Assembly (NCBI GenBank): GCA_002793435.1
Contig: PFQF01000031.1
Location: forward strand, 1 to 44,690
Direction of reading: 5' to 3'
From: Candidatus Berkelbacteria bacterium CG_4_10_14_0_2_um_filter_35_9_33_12
Lineage (GTDB): Bacteria > Patescibacteriota > UBA1384 > GWA2-35-9
DNA: 44,690 nucleotides
The notes below the pieces were generated by a model that saw only the letters and a program-made list of their open reading frames with translations, searched no databases and was not told the origin of the DNA. The position numbers and the translations under genes are program-made. How positions within the stretch are numbered: the stretch's first letter is position 1; each line of letters opens with the position of its first letter. Positions 1 through 4,576 of this stretch are shown piece after piece.

Positions 1-147
1 TAACAATTCCTTACCCTTTTCATCATCAACAGTAATTTCTTTCTTGCCAGAGATCGATTTTGAACTATTTTTATACACATAATAAACCCCAAAAAGTAGC
101 AACAATATTACTACAAACCCAACAACTCGTGACCATTTTATATTCAT
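1..147 (-). CDS. hypothetical membrane-anchored protein, N-terminal 49 aa only (gene runs off the left edge)
   Basis: ATG at 147-145 sits 4 nt after a GGAGGG SD (rc of 152-157). Translation MNIKWSRVVGFVVILLLLFGVYYVYKNSS... has one N-terminal TM helix. The frame is open to position 1. Confidence 0.5.
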   Translation of the reverse strand, partial: MNIKWSRVVGFVVILLLLFGVYYVYKNSSKSISGKKEITVDDEKGKELL

Positions 148-320
148 TTTTCCCTCCGCTCCGTGATTTTTATTCCATAACAGGAAAAAAATCCGGAAGC
201 CCGATGAATAGATAAACCTATTTTTAGATTTCTTAAATTAAGAATACTGAAAGAGGTTTATTGTTGACGGGCAAGTTTACATTTTTTACCTATTTTAATT
301 ATACATAAAATCGTTTTTCA

Positions 321-373
321 ATTCAATACAAACCATTACACACCTACGATGTGTGTAATGGTTTGTATTGAAT
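321..373. repeat. perfect 23-bp inverted repeat with 7-nt spacer (attcaatacaaaccattacacac / ctacgat / gtgtgtaatggtttgtattgaat)
   Basis: Read directly from the sequence. No T-run follows on either strand, so it is not a classical terminator. Confidence 0.9.
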
Positions 374-383
374 AAAGTATATT

Positions 384-404
384 AAAAAAGGACCGAGACG
401 GTCC
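384..404 (-). terminator. rho-independent terminator of the 414-758 gene
   Basis: Stem ggaccg/cggtcc (390-395 / 399-404) with a 3-nt loop, followed on the minus strand by a T6 run (rc of 384-389). Confidence 0.7.
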
Positions 405-413
405 TTGAATTTT

Positions 414-758
414 CTAAAAATAAGTGGCTCGAATTGCCAACCAAACTTTTCCTTCTTTAATAATGCGAGTTAATATAATCTGCAAGAAAATTTCATTGGA
501 ATTTAAATCGTCAAAAACGATTATATCTGGCGTTCTTGACATTCTATTATTTCTGATAAATCTATTTGGGTATTTTTCGGATAGAAAATCATTTATGATT
601 TGACGAATTGTTTGTCCTGAAAATTCTACTCCTAAATTCGTTATATCAAATTCAACTTTCATATCGCTATCGGTTCCAACTATTATTGGATATTTTATAC
701 CTAACTCAATCAAATTACTTAACAAATATTGACTGAAATCTAGCAACGGATTTTTCAT
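414..758 (-). CDS. hypothetical protein (114 aa)
   Basis: Track ORF 414-827. I prefer the internal ATG at 758 (MKNPLLDF...) because it follows AAGGGGGTG at SD distance. No family recognised. The gene has its own terminator. Confidence 0.5.
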   Translation of the reverse strand: MKNPLLDFSQYLLSNLIELGIKYPIIVGTDSDMKVEFDITNLGVEFSGQTIRQIINDFLSEKYPNRFIRNNRMSRTPDIIVFDDLNSNEIFLQIILTRIIKEGKVWLAIRATYF

Positions 759-839
759 GTTCGGCACCCCCTTAAAACTGTTGATAGTATAGCCAAATAT
801 GAAGTTTTTGTCAATAAAAAAACTCAATTATGAGTTTTA

Positions 840-913
840 TGGCAGGTCTGGAGAGAATCGAACTCCCGCCATCGGTTTTGGAGACCGATGTTCTACCACT
901 AAACTACAGACCC
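840..913 (-). tRNA. tRNA-Trp (anticodon CCA), CCA end encoded
   Basis: The reverse complement folds as a cloverleaf: acceptor GGGTCTG/CAGACCT, anticodon arm TCGGT-CTCCAAA-ACCGA, T arm GGGAG-TTCGATT-CTCTC, discriminator G plus CCA. 74 nt. Confidence 0.9.
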
Positions 914-925
914 TAAAGAAGCAAA

Positions 926-1093
926 TTACTTTGTTTCTTTGTGTAAAATTGTCTTACGACATTTTCTGCAATGTTTCTTTTTTTCCAATTTATAATTCAC
1001 ACCGGCTTTACCATGCGATTTATTGACATAATAATTAATAGTTCCACATTCAGAACATTTTAATTTAACATAATTCGATTTTCTTTTTGCCAC
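926..1093 (-). CDS. rpmG: 50S ribosomal protein L33
   Basis: Not in the ORF track (55 aa, GTG start). Translation (M)AKRKSNYVKLKCSECGTINYYVNKSHGKAGVNYKLEKKKHCRKCRKTILHKETK has the typical L33 CxxC...CxxC zinc ribbon. It lies between tRNA genes, as in many bacteria. Confidence 0.9.
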   Translation of the reverse strand: MAKRKSNYVKLKCSECGTINYYVNKSHGKAGVNYKLEKKKHCRKCRKTILHKETK

Positions 1094-1126
1094 ATTTACC
1101 TTTCTGATTATTATTTAATGATTTAA

Positions 1127-1202
1127 TGGAGCCGATAGTCGGGTTCGAACCGACGACCTGCTGTTTACAAAACAGCTGCTCTAGCCACTGAGCTATATCG
1201 GC
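1127..1202 (-). tRNA. tRNA-Thr (anticodon TGT), CCA end encoded
   Basis: Reverse complement: GCCGATA acceptor, anticodon arm GCTGT-TTTGTAA-ACAGC, T arm GTCGG-TTCGAAC-CCGAC, TATCGGC-T-CCA. 76 nt. Confidence 0.9.
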
Positions 1203-1203
1203 G

Positions 1204-1232
1204 TGGTGCTGCCTATTCAACGAGGTTCGAAC
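1204..1232 (-). other. decayed partial copy of the tRNA-Tyr 3' end (T-loop to CCA); candidate att-type duplication
   Basis: The reverse complement GTTCGAACCTCGTTGAATAGGCAGCACCA can be compared with the tRNA-Tyr 3' end GTTCGAATCCTTCACCCAGCACCA. They share GTTCGAA, CCT and the terminal CAGCACCA. It cannot form a T stem and ends 1 nt before tRNA-Thr(TGT). Confidence 0.45.
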
Positions 1233-1264
1233 TTTTTTCACAGAAAAAAATTTGTCTGATACTG

Positions 1265-1482
1265 GATAAACCCCGCCGGCGTCTGCGAACGCCTCTTGTG
1301 TCGTTACGCCAAAACATTGTAAGCAATGTGCATGCTATGATGTTTTGCTTGTTTGTAATGTTTTGCCGTAATGTAAACCGCTGTTCACTTCGCAGACGCT
1401 GTAATGATATTGATTGATTTTTTAATGTTTATTTGTCGTTCAAAAATTTCCCTCCCCACACCCCTTCCATTTTTTGAACGAC
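1265..1482 (+). repeat. left copy of the islet-flanking inverted repeat (218 bp, including a 94-nt hairpin insertion at 1293-1386)
   Basis: Segments 1265-1292 and 1387-1482 match the reverse complement of 3984-4115 almost base for base. It contains helix gcgtctgcgaa/ttcgcagacgc and helix gtcgttcaaaaa/tttttgaacgac, the latter with loop tttccctccccacaccccttccat. Confidence 0.9.
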
Positions 1483-1500
1483 ATTATTTGAGAATTGTAA

Positions 1501-1809
1501 TTAAGCAAAAACTCTATTTGAAATACGGACTTTAATATTTGGAGCATACATTTTTTGTCGGTTGTGCGATTTTTCTATAATATCGTACAACGGTTGAATA
1601 TTAGTTGGGATTTCGCTAATTGATATTTTATTTATTTTAGTTAGCACAAATAATTCGTCTAAAAACGAACGGGAGATAGAATCGATATTTTCCAGCGATA
1701 CAGCATTATATTTTTGCTCAACTATTTTTTTCACCACAAACCGCACGATTCCCCTTGTCGCACATATAATATCTAAGGTAAATAGTTTTAGTATTTTTGT
1801 TTCTTTCAT
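1501..1809 (-). CDS. DUF4325 / STAS-like domain protein (102 aa)
   Basis: Track ORF 1501-1908. I prefer the ATG at 1809 (MKETKIL...), which follows AGGAGAGAGGAAG. The central ...AVSLENIDSISRSFLDELF... resembles the signature I associate with DUF4325 (STAS fold). This is recalled from memory, not searched. Confidence 0.55.
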   Translation of the reverse strand: MKETKILKLFTLDIICATRGIVRFVVKKIVEQKYNAVSLENIDSISRSFLDELFVLTKINKISISEIPTNIQPLYDIIEKSHNRQKMYAPNIKVRISNRVFA

Positions 1810-1855
1810 ATTTACTTCCTCTCTCCTAAATATTAGTTTACTCCAATTATCATAT

Positions 1856-2422
1856 TTAATCAATATATTGCACATAATCAATCCCAACTTTCTTATACTT
1901 GCCGGCAATAGTTATACCGCTGTCTAGCATACAAACATCGAGATACTCTTTCGCCGGATAAAACTGTGCATTTATCCAGCCGAATTCTGCTTCGGAATGA
2001 TCTTCGATATTAGATATAATTTCATCGATTGCAAGATTTAGTGCACTGACAGAGCCCTCCGGAGAGCCAAGTTTTGATAAGCAAATTGCGATTAAACTTT
2101 CTAAAATAGTTGATTTATCACGCAAGGACTTATCATCTTTTTTAGATGCAGAGAATTTGTAAATTGGAATATATTTAGAAGACGGCAGTTTTGGTTTTGT
2201 TAGCCCACTGGGAAAATTAAAATAATTAAGATACGATTTGCAAACTTCGTCTTTCGGTTTAATATATTTTTTTGAACCTTCACTAATTAAAGCTGAGACC
2301 GGCAAGAGTTCTATCGGATGCATAAATTTTGCATCGCTCAAATCCACGATATCGACAGCGCTTTTTAGCAATTTTATTAAATTTTTAGTTGGTTGAAGAA
2401 TTGATTCCATAGCAGTTACCAT
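1856..2422 (-). CDS. GHKL (HATPase_c, SpoIIAB-like) ATPase-like protein, 188 aa, possibly C-terminally truncated
   Basis: N-box-like DEIISNIEDHSE and G1-box-like LDSGITI lie near the C terminus. The ORF stops 16 aa after G1 and no G2 box is visible. Its start ATG overlaps the stop of the upstream 55-aa ORF (TAATG). Confidence 0.5.
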   Translation of the reverse strand: MVTAMESILQPTKNLIKLLKSAVDIVDLSDAKFMHPIELLPVSALISEGSKKYIKPKDEVCKSYLNYFNFPSGLTKPKLPSSKYIPIYKFSASKKDDKSLRDKSTILESLIAICLSKLGSPEGSVSALNLAIDEIISNIEDHSEAEFGWINAQFYPAKEYLDVCMLDSGITIAGKYKKVGIDYVQYID

Positions 2423-2589
2423 TATTTATGAGTTGCTTCTTCGTCGATATCAGTTATGAAAACTATATTACTTTTATAAATTGGTTTTACAACTGGTGCA
2501 TAATCTGCCATTCTAACCTCGATTATGTTTGGATTATCAGCAACTTTAGATATATCTTTTAACGCTTCGATAAATTCTATTAATTCCAT
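2422..2589 (-). CDS. small hypothetical protein (55 aa), translationally coupled to its neighbours
   Basis: Not in the ORF track. ATG at 2589 lies 9 nt after the dpnI-like stop, with AAGGAAACA between them. Translation: MELIEFIEALKDISKVADNPNIIEVRMADYAPVVKPIYKSNIVFITDIDEEATHK. Its stop overlaps the next ATG. Confidence 0.45.
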   Translation of the reverse strand: MELIEFIEALKDISKVADNPNIIEVRMADYAPVVKPIYKSNIVFITDIDEEATHK

Positions 2590-2598
2590 TGTTTCCTT

Positions 2599-3369
2599 TC
2601 AAGATAACTTGTATTTTCCTTTTGATATAAAACCTACATATCCTTTATCTCGTAGAACTTGTAACTGTTGCCGAATTTTATCTCTAATATGGCGATTATT
2701 TGGGTATTTAATGCGTAATTCGCTTTCAAAAGCATAGACCTCATCAAGTGAAAAATCTTTTTTGCCAAGCTTATCAATACAAATCATAGTCTCTAATAAC
2801 CAACCTTTTGCTTCTGCTTCTTTCTCCTCTCGTAAGAAAAGTGTTTTTTTCCATTCGGCAAGTATTTTTTCTTTTGGTTCAACTTGCTTGTCCTTAACAA
2901 AGAATATTTTTCCTGTTCGTGGAACGCATTGGAGTAAAATATTGCAACCGACCCAACCTGTGCGTCTCGCTGTTTGAGACAATGCTTTACGCCTCTCTAT
3001 AATATCTGGAATAAAAAAGTGCTTAGGGATAACAAGAAAATTTAGAACAGAAAAGTTGTATGGATCGTAATTAAGCAGAAATAAATTTGGATTATTTGAG
3101 CTATGTAAACGTTCAATCATCGTCCGGTATGCCCCATCAACTATTTTTAAGCCAACGGAATCTCTCTTACTCTTTAATTCATAATCTTCGTGACAATTTG
3201 AACAAAAAAAATCTGCAACCGGTTTATTATTTCCGTATTTATCAATACCGAGACGACCGCAGTTTGGACAATAAATCTGCCTGTCAACCCAATCTTCCGT
3301 TAAAACTCTTATTTTTTGTGACGAACTTGTGTATTCGTTAGATAAACTGGTATCAAAAGATAAGTTCAT
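2599..3369 (-). CDS. DpnI-like (Dam-replacing family) methyl-directed type IIM restriction endonuclease, 256 aa
   Basis: From the MNLSFDTSL start it is colinear with pneumococcal DpnI as I remember it: SQKIRVLTEDWV, YCPNCG, PVADFFCSNCHEDYELKSK, DGAY..M, NNPNLFLL, ARRTGWVGCNI, and a C-terminal winged helix ending IRQQLQVLRDKG...GKYKL. Confidence 0.85.
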   Translation of the reverse strand: MNLSFDTSLSNEYTSSSQKIRVLTEDWVDRQIYCPNCGRLGIDKYGNNKPVADFFCSNCHEDYELKSKRDSVGLKIVDGAYRTMIERLHSSNNPNLFLLNYDPYNFSVLNFLVIPKHFFIPDIIERRKALSQTARRTGWVGCNILLQCVPRTGKIFFVKDKQVEPKEKILAEWKKTLFLREEKEAEAKGWLLETMICIDKLGKKDFSLDEVYAFESELRIKYPNNRHIRDKIRQQLQVLRDKGYVGFISKGKYKLS

Positions 3370-3385
3370 TATAAAGGTTATAATC

Positions 3386-3568
3386 TTACTTATCAACGCT
3401 AACTCTTTTGTCGGCATGAACCGTAAAACCTCCATTTGACAAGTTGTAGGGAGGATCCGCAAAAATCATATCAACCGAGTTTTCTTCTATTTCTTCGAGT
3501 AATTTAAAACTATCTCCCAAGTAAAGAGTAAAATTATTTCTTTCAAAATATGGTTTGTCTTTCATCAT
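3386..3568 (-). pseudogene. 5' stump (60 codons) of a beta-class N6-adenine DNA methyltransferase (DpnA / M.DpnIIB-like)
   Basis: ...SVDMIFADPPYNLSNGGFTVHADKRVSVDK* contains motif IV (DPPY) and the SNGG...VSVDK segment, then stops. Full-length enzymes are about 260-300 aa, with the TRD and FxGxG motif downstream. The dpnI-like start lies 17 nt beyond the stop. Confidence 0.8.
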
Positions 3569-3765
3569 CTCACTAGCTCATCAATCTTTATCTCTAACAC
3601 TTTGCAAAGAGAGATTACAGTTTCTATTTTAGGGTTTTTGTTAATCCCATTTTCAATCTTGGCAATAGTGTTTAAAGATACATCTGCTTGACGAGCTAAT
3701 CCCTCCATTGTTATTTGTTTTTGTTTTCTTAATTTTTTCAGATTAACCGCTATGTTATTTGACAT
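3565..3765 (-). CDS. XRE-family HTH regulator, R-M controller (C) protein-like, 66 aa
   Basis: Typical HTH_3 sequence (LKKLRKQKQITMEGLARQADVSLNTIAKIENG). Its stop overlaps the methyltransferase stump start (ATGA), the usual C-M arrangement. Confidence 0.75.
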   Translation of the reverse strand: MSNNIAVNLKKLRKQKQITMEGLARQADVSLNTIAKIENGINKNPKIETVISLCKVLEIKIDELVR

Positions 3766-3780
3766 ATATAGTGTATCAAT

Positions 3781-3796
3781 ATTATACTATAGTATA
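3781..3796 (-). promoter_or_regulatory. candidate C-box operator (14-bp perfect palindrome TATACTATAGTATA, 3783-3796) overlapping a TATAAT -10 (rc of 3781-3786)
   Basis: Palindrome read directly from the sequence. The -10 lies 15 nt upstream of the C-gene ATG and no SD is visible, consistent with a short or leaderless C transcript. Confidence 0.4.
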
Positions 3797-3885
3797 CATA
3801 CTAAAGTAATAATAAAAGTTATTTGTAGCTAAATAAATAGTATCCCATTAACAACCAAAGGTCAAACTTAAAGGGAGTATCAACC

Positions 3886-3921
3886 GTTGCCTGTGCACGA
3901 GTGGGTTGGGGCAAAGGCAAC
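3886..3921 (-). other. stem-loop (11-bp stem with one mismatch) with a C-rich loop on the minus strand (CCCAACCCACUCGU)
   Basis: gttgcctgtgc / gcaaaggcaac arms read directly from the sequence. It sits in a GC-rich patch of otherwise AT-rich spacer. Confidence 0.6.
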
Positions 3922-3983
3922 ACCGCTTTTATATTGGTATAGTTGTATTCTTTTCTTTAATTCCGTCCAACCTAATTCCGTTT

Positions 3984-4115
3984 GTCGTTCAAAAAATGGA
4001 AGGGGTGTGGGGAGGGAAATTTTTTGAACGACGAATAAACATTAAAAATCAATCAATAGTCGTTAGCGCATCTGCGAAGTAGGGAGAGCGTTCGCAGACG
4101 CCGGCGGGGTTTATC
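3984..4115 (-). repeat. right copy of the islet-flanking inverted repeat (132 bp), 5 nt downstream of tRNA-Tyr
   Basis: Its reverse complement matches 1265-1292 plus 1387-1482. Helix 1 carries one G-U change, and the loop is CGCUCUCCCUAC instead of the 94-nt insertion. Helix 2 and its CCCUCCCCACACCCCUUCC loop are identical. Confidence 0.9.
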
Positions 4116-4120
4116 AATTA

Positions 4121-4206
4121 TGGTGCTGGGTGAAGGATTCGAACCTCCGTAGGCATAAGCCAGCTGATTTACAGTCAGCCCTCGTTGACCACTTGAGTAA
4201 CCCAGC
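4121..4206 (-). tRNA. tRNA-Tyr (anticodon GTA), long variable arm, CCA end encoded
   Basis: Reverse complement: GCTGGGT acceptor, anticodon arm GCTGA-CTGTAAA-TCAGC, long variable arm, T arm GGAGG-TTCGAAT-CCTTC, ACCCAGC-A-CCA. 86 nt. Confidence 0.9.
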
Positions 4207-4250
4207 ATATTACACATTTCACTACACATCAATATCCAATTTTTAACCTA

Positions 4251-4325
4251 TGGAGCCGATAAGCGGACTTGAACCGCTGACCTACTCCTTACCATGGAGT
4301 TGCTCTACCACTGAGCTATATCGGC
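4251..4325 (-). tRNA. tRNA-Thr (anticodon GGT), CCA end encoded
   Basis: Reverse complement: GCCGATA acceptor, anticodon arm ACTCC-ATGGTAA-GGAGT, T arm AGCGG-TTCAAGT-CCGCT, TATCGGC-T-CCA. 75 nt. Confidence 0.9.
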
Positions 4326-4337
4326 AAATACTTAACT

Positions 4338-4365
4338 ATTTTACCCTATTTTAACATTTATTCAA
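4338..4365 (-). promoter_or_regulatory. candidate promoter of the tRNA array (TTGAAT-16-TAAAAT)
   Basis: -35 is the rc of 4360-4365 and -10 is the rc of 4338-4343. The -10 ends 12 nt before the first tRNA. Confidence 0.35.
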
Positions 4366-4473
4366 CTAGTTGGCGAATTTATTCAATTTTACTAAAACAA
4401 ATCTTGATTAACTTAATGCAAAATTCCACACTAAAATCGTTTTTTCCGAAATACGACAAAACTAACCTGGCTA

Positions 4474-4498
4474 CTCCGCAACCTTCAAGGTTGCGGAG
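4474..4498. other. 10-bp perfect hairpin (ctccgcaacc ttcaa ggttgcggag) in the divergent intergenic region
   Basis: Read directly from the sequence. No gene ends at it on either strand, so its role (insulator or regulatory) is unknown. Confidence 0.5.
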
Positions 4499-4520
4499 CT
4501 TGGTTGTTTTGCATTTTCCC

Positions 4521-4549
4521 TTGACAAATACTAATACTTAGTATATAAT
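4521..4549 (+). promoter_or_regulatory. consensus sigma-70-type promoter TTGACA-17-TATAAT
   Basis: TTGACA at 4521-4526, a 17-nt spacer, TATAAT at 4544-4549, 13 nt upstream of the AGGAGG SD of the next gene. Confidence 0.65.
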
Positions 4550-4576
4550 TTTGGCAACTTCTAGGAGGTGGGTACA

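Noticed and set aside
799-1026. 75-aa plus-strand ORF from the track
   Set aside because: It runs antisense through tRNA-Trp and rpmG, has no SD, and has AT-rich shadow-ORF composition. The real features are on the minus strand.
1204-1232. Possible functional tRNA or tmRNA 3' half ending in CCA
   Set aside because: No T-stem pairing is possible around the TTCGAAC loop. There are 5 extra nt between the T loop and the acceptor strand, and no matching 5' half nearby. It is better explained as a decayed duplicate of the tRNA-Tyr 3' end.
1337-1417. 26-codon Cys-rich ORF (MMFCLFVMFCRNVNRCSLRRRCNDID) inside the 94-nt hairpin insertion
   Set aside because: No SD. It lies within a strongly base-paired region, and its composition is explained by the hairpin arms.
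1240-1500. GC-rich spacer as RNase P RNA, SRP RNA, tmRNA or 6S RNA (the same test was applied to 3840-4120)
   Set aside because: I could not find the conserved cores I know: the GGAAAGUCCGG P4 region of RNase P, the SRP domain IV GGAA/AGCA motif context, or the tmRNA tRNA-like ends and tag ORF. The lengths are also too short. The element is left as unclassified.
2525-3341. Three plus-strand ORFs (2525-2737, 2762-2977, 3087-3341)
   Set aside because: They are antisense shadows of the well-supported dpnI-like gene. No motifs and no SDs.
3386-3462. Upstream extension of the dpnI-like ORF to ATG 3462 (287-aa version)
   Set aside because: The extra 31 aa overlap the methyltransferase stump in another frame and have no counterpart in DpnI. 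The alignment to the DpnI N terminus begins exactly at the ATG at 3369.
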